From Squalus acanthias (Eukaryota), in the NCBI GenBank assembly GCA_030390025.1, contig CM059432.1:137890001-137954000 (forward strand): a stretch of DNA of 64,000 bases. The letters run 5' to 3'. This document shows, piece after piece, positions 35,727-47,698 of this stretch. Below the pieces are notes generated by a model. The model made no database searches. It worked only from the letters and a program-made list of their open reading frames with translations, and had not been told where the DNA came from. Position 1 is the first letter of the stretch. The number at the start of each line of letters is the position of its first letter. A program made the position numbers and the translations under genes.

Positions 35727-37255
35727 ATTCGAACGTACGAACAACGATGGACAGGTAAAGACCCTCTGGTCCATCCAGCCTGTCCCACACAATCGCGATA
35801 CCTTGTGTATCACAACATATACACTGTCCACCCCACCTTAAACCATGTGATCTCCTGGGAAAGGCAAAAAAACAGATAAAAAACCCAGGCCAATTTGGGG
35901 GGACAAAAATCTGGGAAATTCTCTCCGACCCATCTAGGTGATCAAAACTAGTCCAGAAGATCACACTGGCCCTGAATGCCCTGCAGTACCTACCTTCTGT
36001 AAGAGGTGATCTCCGCCCCAGCCAAAAGCAGATCCAGCTCTCGCTTGAAGGAATTCAGCGAATCAGCATCCACTGCACTGGACAGCAGCCTGGTCCAGAG
36101 TCCACTGTTCTCTGGGAAAAGTACCACCTCTTGACATCTAACCTAGGTCTGGCCTTACACAACTTAAACTTGTGACCCCTGGTCCTCCCTAACCTATTTA
36201 ATTGGAACAAACTGTCAACTGTCAACACAATCTATTCCCTTCATTATCTTATAAACCTCAATCAGTTCACCTCTAAGTCTGCACTTCTCTAAAGTGTAGA
36301 GTCCCAACTCTTTCAGCCTATCTTGATCACCAAGATGCTTTAAACTGGGAATTAGTCTAGTGGTCCTCCTCTGTACCCTTTCCAAAGCCTCAATATCACC
36401 CACCATGTGAGGAGACCAAAACTGGACACAGTATTCTAACTGAGGCCTGACAAAGGTCTTGTACAAGGACAAAATAGTACGCCTCGTCTTATACTCAATT
36501 GTCCTATGGATACAACCCAACACCCTATTTGCTCTAGTTATCGCTTCATGGCACTGCTCTTGTACCTTTAAGGATGTATGCACTAGAATGCCCAAATGTC
36601 TTTCTATCTCCACCTTCTTTAATGCTGTTCCCTGTAGGGTGTATGAATGTTGAGAATTTGCCCTGCCCACATCATAACACTGCACTTATCCAAGTTATAC
36701 ATCATTTTCCAGTCATGAGCCCAATCTCCCAACACATTAAGATCTGCCTGAAGAAGACGAGCGTTGTCTACAGTCCTAACACTCGCACAGATCTCAGTAT
36801 CATCTGCAAATTTGCAGATCGTGCCCTCAACACCTACATCCAGATCATTAATAAAAATAGTAAAGAGCAACGGTCCCAACACCGATCCCTGCGGGACACC
36901 ACTGGTGACCGGTCTCCAAACAGATACAAGTCCATCTATAACTACTTTTTGCCTACGTCCTGCCAGCCAGTTCTCAAACCAGCTCAATATATTACCACTA
37001 ATACCAGAGGCTTCGATCTTATAGAGAAGCCTCTTGTGCGGTACCTTATCAAAAGTAGACAATGTTTACTGGACTTCCATCATCCACCAACTTTGTAACT
37101 TCTTCAAAAAATAAAATTAGATTTGTAAGACATGACCTCCTTTTTATGAAGCCATGTTGGGTGTCCCTCATATGTCACTCTCTATCCAAGTATTCAAATA
37201 TTGCATCCCAAATGATTCCCTCAAGCATCTTACCTATTACTGATGTTAAACTAAT
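35727..37255 (-). mobile_element. CR1 LINE (different subfamily, long 3' UTR)
   Basis: [19 protein letters not shown] and YCVQFWSP motifs. Confidence 0.9.
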
Positions 37256-37374
37256 TCGCCACCAATTGGTCGGCTTGTTGTTTGTTATCGTCTCCATACT
37301 GCTGCCTGTAGTCGGAGAGGGGAGAGCAAGGGAGCTGGGTCGAGGGGACAGTCTTGAGCACAGGGTTTAAGCAG

Positions 37375-37898
37375 CCGTAAACTTGAACTCATCCAAAACT
37401 CAGCTGCCTGTATCCCAACTCACACCAAGTCCCGTTCACCCATCACCCCTGTGCTTGCTGACCTACATTGGCTCCCGGTCCAGGAACTCCTCGATTTTAA
37501 AATTCTCATCCTTATTTTCAAATCCCTCCATGGCCTCACTCCCTCCCTATCTCTGTAACATCCTCCAGCCCTACAACCCTCCGAGATCTCTGCGCTCCTC
37601 CAATTCTGGCCTTTTGCGCATCCCCGATTTTCATCGCTCCACCATTGGCGGCTGTGCCTTCAGCTGCCTGGGCTCTAAGTTCTGAAACACCATCCACAAA
37701 CCTCTCCGCCTCTCCACTTCTCTCTCCTCCTTTCAGACGCTCCTTAAAACCTACCTCTTTGATCAAGCTTTTTGTTACCTGTCCTAATATCTCCTTATGT
37801 GGCTCGATGTCAAATTTTGTTTGATAATGTTCCTATGAAGTGCCTTGGGATGTTTTACTATGTTAAAGATGCTGTATAAATGCAAGTTGTTGTTGTTG
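37375..37898 (+). mobile_element. L2 3' fragment
   Basis: Homologous to 8905-9150 plus 13181-13455; (GTT)n tail. Confidence 0.9.
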
Positions 37899-38335
37899 TG
37901 GGGACCGGAGTAATAGTGTATATTTATATGGAGATTGGGGGGAAAAATACAGATGTGCATTAGGGTTGCCAACCCTCCAGGATTGCCCTGGAGTCTCCAG
38001 GAATTGAAGACTGATCCCTAGGACACAGCCCAGGAGAAAAACCATAGGGGCATTAAAAAATTATGTTTATTTTAAATTTTCTTTAAACACGTTTGTGTAT
38101 TAGTTATAAAAAATATCGTACATGGGAAAAAAGGCTGTTAACTGACATCCAATTGGGTAATGAAGAGTCTATTTGCTTTCCAATTGACCGTGGGATGGCA
38201 GTGCTCCATAAGGATGGGCGTGTTGGGCGACCAATGGCAGGAGTGTGGGGGAGGGGTGGGCGCGGAGGGGCAGGGCGGTTGGAGGCAGGAGGTCACGCGA
38301 GGAAACCTCCAGGAATGCGTCCAAGCAGAGCTATA

Positions 38336-39228
38336 GGGGTAAAAATTCAGTTGGTTGCGCCTCCCGTTAGCGCCTTAAGAGGGCGCTAATGGGGCGCAAA
38401 GCCGCTAACGCCCGGGCGCAGCGATGTTTGCGCCGCTCAGGAACTTAACTAGAGATTGTGCGGCGGCGCTAAAACTTACCGCTGCGACCACCTGCGCGCG
38501 CAGATTGTGACGTCATTCCATGGTGCAACGCCCTTGTGGCGCCTCGGAGCGGAAATTGAGTGGCGCCCCCTGCCTTACCGCCTGGCGCATCCAACGACCA
38601 GAAGACTGGAACGCTATCAATCGCTGTGGGGCTGGGGGGGGCGCTATTTAAAGGGGGCCTCTTCCTGTCTTTTATTGTTGGTGGCATTTTTGAACTATGC
38701 ATTCTGAGAGAGAGAGGGAGAGACTTCTGGAGAGATTCAACGTTGTGTGAAGGAGTTTTGGGTACTGAGCAGCACTTTGCAGGTTCATTTTGATTTGCCA
38801 TTCCTTGTATCGATTTAGCAGAGACTGTGGGAGCTGCACTCTGAGCTCTTTGCCTGGTACTCTCCATTGTTCTTTCCAGCACATTTGATGTGCAAGTCTC
38901 TCCAGGCCGAGATTCAAGGCTGCAATGAACAGGATGTGGATGGAAAGCAAGATTAACCATCCCCTTTAAGAACTGGCCCGTGCCATTGTGTGTGTGTTCC
39001 ATTGCTGACTGACATTACATGAGCTTCGCCAGCGCTCTGAGGTAGCGCCTCACTCCTTGGCCTTTGCGCCTTAAGACAGGTGTGCAGCGCCTGATTTAGC
39101 GCTCCACTCACCTCCCGGGGCGGTAAAAGTGAAGTTTCCAGTCAGTGCCGATAATTAGCGCCAGGCGCTAATATTTGCGTCCAGACGATATTTGCGCCCC
39201 AAATGGGGCGCGACCTAATTTTTACCCC
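38336..39228. mobile_element. Harbinger MITE related to element 1
   Basis: Perfect TIR GGGGTAAAAATT, TSD ATA/ATA, TTAGCGCC motifs. Confidence 0.9.
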
Positions 39229-39231
39229 ATA

Positions 39232-40007
39232 AAGTCATAGAGTTATACAGCACAGAAAGAGGCCCTTCGGCCCATCGTGTCCACGCCGGCCATCAAGCCC
39301 TGTCTATTCTAATCCCATTTTCCAGCACTTGGTCCGTAGCCTTGTAACCCATGGCGTTTCAAGTGCTCGTCTAAATGCTTCTTGAATGTTGTGAGGGTTC
39401 CTGCCTCTACCGCCCTTTCAGGCAGTGAGTTCCAGATTCCAACCACCCTCTGGGTGAAAAACTTTTTCCTCAAATCCCCTCTAAACCTCCTGCCCCTTAC
39501 CTTGAAACTATGGCCCCTGGTTATTGACCCCTTTACTAAGGAGAAAAGTTCCTTTCTATCTACCCTATCTATGCCCCTCATAATTTTGTACACCTCAATC
39601 AGGTCCCCCCTCAGCCTTCTCTGCTCTAAGGAAAACAACCCCAGCCTGTCCAGTCTCTCTTCATAGCTGAAGCGCTCCAGCCCAGGTAACATCCTGGTGA
39701 ATCTCCTCTGCACCCTCTCCAATGAAATCACATCCCTCCGATAGTGTGGCGACCAGAACTGCACACAGTATTCCAGCTGTGGCCTAACTCGCGTTTTATA
39801 CAGCTCCATCATAACCTCCCTGCTCTTATATTCTATGCCTCGGCTAATGAAGGCAAGTATCCCATATGCCTTTTTAACCACCTTATCTACCTGTCCTGCT
39901 GCCTTCAGGGATCTATGTACATGCACACCAAGGTCCCTCTGATCCTCTGTCCTTCCGAGGGTCCTACCATTCATTGTGTATTCCCTTGCCTTGTTAGTCC
40001 TCCCAAA
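39232..40007 (-). mobile_element. CR1 3' portion with an open reading frame
   Basis: ORF 39309-40058 matches the CR1 ORF2 C-terminus. Confidence 0.92.
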
Positions 40008-40524
40008 AAGAGTTGGCAACCCTAACGCCATGAAAGAGTTATATATAGTCAGGCTCAAGACTGAAAACGTTGATCATAATTGCTGTTTGCCAGGGTGGAA
40101 ATAATGCATGCAGTTTAGACTAGTTTTGGGAGTTCCGAAACGATTTTATGCTACTTTGTGATACAATAGATATTTATTTAATATCACGCATCATATGTGC
40201 GACACACACACACACACACAAAAAAAAATCCTTTGGATTTAACCGCTAAAACCTAGCGTGGACTTTGGTGAATATGTATTACACATCTGAAAATAATTTC
40301 CCACCATTGATTCAGCTAGTAACAGTATGATCTTTGTCTCTAATGCAACATAATAGTGGGAATAGCTCCCTGTAGTCTTCAGAATGGCAGAGAACATCAC
40401 AAGGATTAAATAAAGTGGAGCCAATCGGAAAAGTGAAGGAATAAAATGTTGTTCTGAGCAGTAATTTGATCTTCTGTTGGATGAAACTCCATTCCAAATG
40501 GTGGCACTATTTCTCAGTGTCTTG

Positions 40525-43500
40525 GGCCTCGATTTTAATTGCCCTGAGGAGGCAGGTCTGTTGGGAAAATTGGGAAAAATGATTCAGACATCCAACCCGC
40601 CTCCATCCCACTCCCACTCGATTTTCCTGAGTGTCTGTTTAGCTGCTCCCAAACTGACCCGTCTCCAACCGGTGGGACAGGTAGTTAAAGCAGTTAACAG
40701 CCTGTTTAACTGCCTTGCTAATCCTATTTTCATCGTGGTTTCCCATTTTCCTGCTTCTGGCTCCTGTTTCCCGACTAGTCAGAAACAGGCCAGGTTCAAG
40801 GCGACGAGTTGCTGGAGGACATGATTTGTATGCATTGGTGGAGCGCTTTAAAAGCGCCCCTGAAACATGGCTGACATTCAAATGCAACAACTTTGCTGTT
40901 GTAGGTATGGGATAACATTTTGCACATCTACTGACCTTCTGACTGTTCATGCTGACACCCATCTGCAGTGTGTCATGAATGGAATAATTTCAGGCCACTT
41001 CGACTGTGCGCTTGCAAGATTGTTACCTCAAATGAAATCTATAGGAAGGGGATGGAAAACATTTATGCCCTCTCATCCTGGTCCTCATAATCGGGGGAGT
41101 AGCAGCCGCGTGGCTCACCACAGATCTTCCTGGGAAGAGGAGTAGGAGGAGGACGAGGGGAGCCTTGCATGCCCTGTTGTGACCAATGCAGCATCCCTCC
41201 AGTTCACTGCTGCCCGTCAACCAGGGTATGCACACTGCCATGCCACACTACCATAAGCTTACTCTTCGACCATAGGTGGCCACCATATGGCTCTGTAATT
41301 GCAGGCGACACTTGTCCAACGTCATACTTCATCTCTGCTAGACCCTCTTATTTCCTGTCACTTTTGCCATCAGCATTACAAATGCAAGTCGCCTTGAGCC
41401 CTCAATGTGCTTTTGACATTTCCCAGAACACATAGGCCACACAATCAACTATTTGACATAAGTTATCTTTAATACATGACAAAATATACCAGCAACAATC
41501 AGAAAAAAAAGAAACATCACCCAAGTGAGTCCCTTTATGACTATAGGTGTTTAATCTTTCTCTTACGCGTGCTTCTACGTGGTGCTTCCCCTGTGGCTTC
41601 AGCAGATGTAGAGTCACCTTGCTGACTAGGATGCTGCGCCTGCTTAGATGCTTTTGGCGGACGTCCTCTGGGTTTGGGAACCTGGGAGGTCTCTTCAACA
41701 GTCTGCAGCTGTGCAGGGGCTGAAACGGCCATCTCAGTTGTCTCTGTAAAGTGGGTCTCTGACCGAGGGCTCCGCAGTGGCATGGTCGTGCGAGCACTTT
41801 GAGAGGAGCCCACACTTCCTTCTGTCCTGCCAACAACATCCCTCTCATGGGTCAGCCGCACCTCAGTGCTGGCAAGTGGCAGGAGAGCATTTTGCTGCAC
41901 TTCAGGGGGGCCATGAGGACCCGTAACTGCACTGGCAGTCCTCCTCAAAAGGACGTCCATGAAGCTCTGGTCTCTCTGCTCAATAGCTGCCCATCGCTCC
42001 TCCAGAGATGTCATTCTATTCTGAACAGTCACCATGTTTTCCTGACTCTGGCGACTTATTTCCTCCATGGCCGTAGTCATCCTTTCCACTGAGGTAGCCA
42101 TCCTTTCCACGGAGGTTGCCATCCTATCCATGGTGGTGCGTTCATGTGCCATTGCCTCCACCACGGCAGTGCTGATGTTGGAGATGGACTCCTCCATTCT
42201 CTCCACACTCGCACTAACCCTGGAGGCAAACTCTTCCAGAGACACCTGCACTTGTTCCTGCATTTCACAAACCACTCTTTTTCTGGATGGCCCCAGAGGC
42301 ACAGCGTCTACATGCAGCTCAGCAGAGCTAGGAGAGTCCTGCGACCTCCAAGGAGGACTCTCCACTGCTGTCGCTGTCTCCACTATCTGCTGATGCTCAC
42401 TTGGCAACACTGCTCTAACTCGCGATAGCCCCACCGAGGTGTGTGTTGCTGCGCTGGTGCTGAGTGCACTGAGTCCTGGTGATGCTGGTCCCTCAGAGGC
42501 TTCAGGTTCCTCTGAGGAGATGTCCGGGTCTTCGTCCTGGATCGTGGGGAGGGGGGCGCTCGATGGTCCTGTGGGAGAGTAAAGGCTTGAATTAGACATC
42601 TGATATTGATGTAGCAGACACATCCTTTTGAGCAGATGATACAACGCGATTCTCTATGAACATCATATTGCATTGCTTTCTGAGAGGGATGAAACTCTAT
42701 TATGTCACCAGCTTCCTCTAGTGTGCCCGTCTCTCCATCACCCACTTCCAGGTCCTCGCGACCTCCAACAATCTCATTAGCAGCCTCCTCAGCACTGGTC
42801 AATGTTGCAAGGGTAGGTGTGCCTCCTCCTGTCATTGCTCTCTCCATCTTATTGTGGGCTATCTTTTCCTGCAAGGAGGGACACAAGCGGTGTTTCAGCC
42901 ACAGTGATGGAGTGAGTGTGATTAGTCCCTACCATAGAAGCTTTGAGAGAGACGAAGATGGGGTAAGGTGCCAAGAGGAAGGTAGCTCCCTGTGCGTTGT
43001 TAGTTGTTGTCACTGCATGACAGTGAGAGCGAGTCTAAGGGGTGCATAGGCAGGATGGTGAAGTGATTCAGTGCAGAGACAGAGATGGATAGGAAAGGGT
43101 GCAAGGGAAGTAAGAGTAAGGTGGGATGTGAAGGAGGAGGCTTACAACGCAGAGTGCCGGTGATGAGAAGAGAAGGGAAGCAGAGTGAAGGCAAGTGAGA
43201 TGGGATACTCATTTTTGATGTTCGCACAAGATCATTAAACGTTTTGCGGCACTGGATCCATGAGCGTGCATAAATGGACCTTGAGCTCACCACCTGAGCA
43301 ATGCGCAGCCAGGCTGCCTTGGTCTGCTGAGGAGGCTTCCTCCGGCCATCAGGAGGGAAGAGAATCTCCCTGCGCCCTCTGACAGCATCCAGAAGAACTT
43401 GGAGGGACTCATCATTAAAGCGAGGAGCTGCCTTGCCTCTGGAAGAAGTCATAGCGTTTAAATCAAGTGCAGGAAACCACAATGGAAAGGCTCAGGCTGG

Positions 43501-43714
43501 ATGGCAGCTTTAAAAGCAGCTGCTATTATGACATCATCAGAGGCGGCCAGCCGACCCGATCCCACTCATTGGACCGGCCAGCGCGCCTCCGTGAAATTAA
43601 CAAGGTACTTTAATAAAAATCGCAACTCTGCAGCTGTTCCCACCGGAAGCGGCTCCCGAACCCGCCCACCACGCAACCCGACTCCAACCCGCCTCGGGAA
43701 TTAAAATCGAGCCC
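40525..43714 (+). mobile_element. Harbinger element 2 (transposase mostly deleted)
   Basis: 16-bp TIR GG(C/G)CTCGATTTTAATT, TSD TTG/TTG; transposase remnants at ~40880-41230. Confidence 0.92.
41541..43452 (-). pseudogene. Harbinger Myb-like gene with open exons but a mutated first splice donor
   Basis: Exons 43452-43213, 42868-42709 and 42568-41541 join in frame; donor 1 reads ATGAGT instead of GTGAGT. Confidence 0.82.
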
Positions 43715-43923
43715 TTGGTGTTCACAAGATAATTAGAAAGTCCATTTGACCCATTTTAGATCATCTAACCGCAAAGACCCGACATGTTCCTCCCCCATTG
43801 TGGCATGCGATTGTTTCTTAAATGATTGCAGGATTTTTTGTCCTCACTACTCTATATGGAAGTCCCTTTCAAGTGTTAATCATTTATTCTGTGAAGTAAA
43901 TCTTCTTGCTATGTAAACTTAAA

Positions 43924-45680
43924 GGCCGCGAATTTGCCGGCACTCAGGGCGGGTTTGGAGGTGGGTCCGCTGTCAAAACCCGCTGTCAACCCGCCTCCAC
44001 GCGAGTCTCCCAGGTGTCGGGTCTGTCAGCGGAGAACTGACCCGACACCAAGCGGCAGGGGAGACAATTGAGCTCATTAAATGGCTTGTTAACAGCCAAT
44101 TTAATGGTATTTTGAGGCTTCCTTCCAATTTTACGTTCTCCCCACGGGTTACCCGCTGCTCGGGGAACACGCCAGCTCAACCTGGCATGATTTGATTTTG
44201 CTCTGATGTATCTGATAAGCTGACAGCTGCAGAAGTGGTGTAAAGGATGCCATGTTGCAGATGGTGAATTTCAGAGCGCAGAAACTGTTGGTTACTGCAT
44301 TTTTAATACATATAGAGATTTCTTTAGCTTGCAAGTGTTTAGAGCCAAATATATGTCCAGTGCCACCTGATTGGAACAACCTCTCTCACCATTGACAGAT
44401 CGCTTCTGTCATCTCACCTGCAGCTGCCATCTATTGCAGCAACATCGGTGCCCTTGAAAAAATCAGACCTTGGTCCTCTGAATCCTTCCACAATTACCCC
44501 CAACACCAACATCACCAGGCACACCAACATCACCAACAACATCACCAACCTTCTCTGCCATCACCATATGCTGCACAGGACACAAGGCATCAGCCCCTGA
44601 CAACATTGCTGCCCGGGAGGCCAGCGATGGCATCACCATGGCCAGATTTACTTCACTTGACGCTGTTAACCCTGGCTGCCACATGATGCGCCAGGTTGAC
44701 ACCATCCCACACCAGCACCGTGAAGCATCCCTTTAATGTCCAAGCCATTCCTTTCACACTCATCACCATAGCGGGGAGGCGGGGGGGGGGGGGGGGCAGT
44801 TATGTCTGAACAATCACTGGAGCTCAGTAAGACACTTCTCAAGGTACGCTCAGATCTGTCCAATAAGGGGCAGTGTTGGAAAAATAGATTTCACTGTATG
44901 ATAACACATTACCAGAAACTTAACATGGACATTGGCTAAACCTCTCAAGTGCCTACCCTTGTGTGTTGTTAGTTGGTATGCTGGCAGTAGGATGAGGGTG
45001 AGTGTGAGGGGTGGCTAGTGAGATGGAGAAGTGATAAAGTAGATAGAGATGGTTGGGTGGAGGTGCACGGTAAGTTGGTGTGAGTAAGGATGTGCAGGAG
45101 ATGGGTATGGAAGGCAGAGTGATGGGGATGTGTTAAGTGGCACAGCAGGATGAGTTTGAGTGTGGCTTTGCAGTAATGTTTCATGATCCACTGAAATCAT
45201 TGAAAGGTTGGCACCACTGCAGCCAGGGACCCCTGATGACATCCCTGCTTTTGCCCTCATGCGCAATGTGCAACCAGGCTGCGTTGGTGTCCTGGGGATG
45301 TCTCTTCCGCCCTTGGAAGGGAAGAGAACCTCCCTGCATGCTGTGACTCCCTCCATAAGCATATGAAGGGAGTCATTGGAGAGCCTGGGTGCAAGCGTCC
45401 ACCTTTGTGCAGTGATTGTCAGTGTTTGCAGCACCTCAATGCTGTCAAACACTGACAGAACAACTGTCAAACTCCGTGTGGACGTGGTCCCTTTAAGGAA
45501 ACCGGCTGATGACGCGTCATCAAATGACATCATCAGACCCACTTCCTGTTAATTGGCCGGGAAGCCCACAGGGCGGGCTTAACAAGGCCAATCAAGGGAA
45601 AATCCTGTTTACAGAGTGGCTGCAGCCAGGTTCGTGACTGGAACCCAGAAACCAGCTCTCCTGCCACCAAATTCACGGCC
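43924..45680 (+). mobile_element. Harbinger element 3 (internally deleted)
   Basis: TIR GGCCG(C/T)GAATTTG, TSD AAA/AAA; Myb exon-1 remnant at ~45180-45410 on - (APRLSNDSLHMLMEGV..REVLFP). Confidence 0.88.
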
Positions 45681-46429
45681 AAATTTACTTTTTAGTAGTT
45701 TGAGCCCTGTGTCTCCTCGTCCTACTCTCGCAACTTAATTTAAAGTAGTATTCTGATTGACCTTTTCTATTTCCTTAACTATCATATATACCTCTATATG
45801 CATGATTATATATAGCTCGATAGACACCACCACAGGTGCATGTGTCAGCTGTGGCTCAGTCGTTAGCTCTCTCATCTGCTGAGTCAGAAGGTTGTGGTTT
45901 CAATTCCCACTCCAGGGGCTGAGCTTTGCTGGCTCTCGGAGGGCGATTTCGGAGACGGGCCCGCTGTCGAAATCCAAATGATTGACCGCGGGGCGGTATC
46001 CCGCTCTGAACCCGCCTCCTTGTGAGTTTTCCTGGTGCCGGCTCTGCCTGCACTTTGCAGACACGGCACTAAGCAGCGGGTCATTCAATTGTGCTGGTTG
46101 AGAGGGTGTTTAAACAAATTTACTCCCCATTTTAGCAGGCACAAAGTATTTCCACGAGGTTCCCATCGCTCGGGAATCACGCCAGGTAAGTATGTCGGGT
46201 TCTGAACAACTCTCCATGACAGCTGCAAAAGTGGTTTAAAACCTGCCATTTTACAGCTGGTCATTTTCCACTCTCAGAAGCTTCAGGCTTGAGTATTTGG
46301 AATAGATTTTTAAGCTTTATGCACTTGGGAAGTGTTTGCAGTAAACTCTCTATTCACTGTCACCTCCTTGCAATATCATATCTAGCCCTTGATAGATTGG
46401 TTCTGTCATCTGAACTTCAGCTGCCATAT

Positions 46430-47698
46430 GAATCATCAGACTGGGCACGATTTATGCTCTGTCACCTTGGTCCTCCGAATCTGATGACGATCAGCTGCAA
46501 CAGCAGCAGAACCAGCCACACCAGCAGCAGCAGCAGCAACAAGAGCGCCAACCTTCTCCTCAACCACCTGATGCTGCACAGGGCAGAGGGCATCAGCGCA
46601 GGCTGCACCGCGCTGGAGGCCATACCCCCAACACAGGGTATACGGGCAGAGGATGAGCTTCCTCAACATGACGGAGCAGCAGTGCCAAAGGAGGCTCAGG
46701 CTATCGCGCCAGGTCGTCGCCGACATTTGCGCTTTACTGGAGCAAGACCTGCAGCCCAGAGGAAGGGGTAGACACTCCTTACCAGTGGTTGTCAAACTCA
46801 CCCTTGCCCTCAACTTCTTCACCTCAGGCTCCTTCCAGGCATCTGCAGCAGACCTTTGCGGCATTTCGCAGTCGGCCGCCCACAGATGCATCACACAGGT
46901 AACCGATGCCCTCTTTAACAAGTCCACAAATTATATTCATTTTGCCACTGATGAAGCCACTGTCAATGAGCGTGCGCTTGGCTTTGCCATTCTAGCTGGC
47001 TTCCCACGGGTGCAGGGATTCATCGACTGCACACATGTGGCCATCAGGGCTCCCCATCACAACCCAGTAGCATTTGTGAACCGCAAGGGCTTCCACTCCC
47101 TCAACGTTCAGATGGTCTGCAACCATCGGAAGCTTATCATCCATGTGTGTGCCAAGTTCCCTGGCAGCTGCCATGACTCGTACATCCTGCGCCAGTCCAC
47201 CGCCCCTCAGCTCGTCGCACCACCAAACAGTCTTGGCGGCTGGCTGCTTGGAGACAAGGGCTATCCCCTGAAGACGTGGCTCATGACACCTTAGAGGAGG
47301 CCAACAAACGAGCCTGAGCGACGTTATAATCAAAGCCACATCTCCACGAGAAGTGTCATCGAGCAGACAATAGGCTTGCTCAAAATGCGCTTCAGATGCC
47401 TCGACAGATCAGAGGAGCCCTTCAGTATGCAACAGCTAGGGTCTCGCGAATAGTCATGGTCTGCGGCGCCCTGCACAACATAGCGCAGCAGCGAGGATTA
47501 GTACTGGATGAGGAAGACGCTGCTGAGCGCAGAGCCTCATCAGAGGACGAGGAGGATGAGGACGAGGAGGCTCACCATGAGCTTAACTACGAGAATGAGG
47601 AACACCTGGACGAGCCGGTGGTCCCATTGCGACCAGTACACGAGCACGTTGCTGCCCATCATGCCAGGGATACCCTTAACAATGGCAGATTTCAATAA
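46430..47698 (+). pseudogene. Harbinger (HARBI1-like) transposase pseudogene
   Basis: IDCTHVA, SCHDSY, GDKGYPL, IEQTIGLLK, ALHN; stop at 47292, frameshift near 47410; start approximate. Confidence 0.93.

Larger units (their letters stand above)
37961..40024. mobile_element. hAT-type MITE containing a CR1 and a Harbinger MITE
   Basis: 13-bp perfect TIR TAGGGTTGCCAAC; flanks ATGTGCAT / ACGCCAT are compatible with a decayed 8-bp TSD. Confidence 0.75.

Noticed and set aside
46653..47294. Host HARBI1 gene
   Set aside because: Lies within TIR-bounded DNA next to a Myb partner and has a stop and a frameshift, so it is a transposon copy
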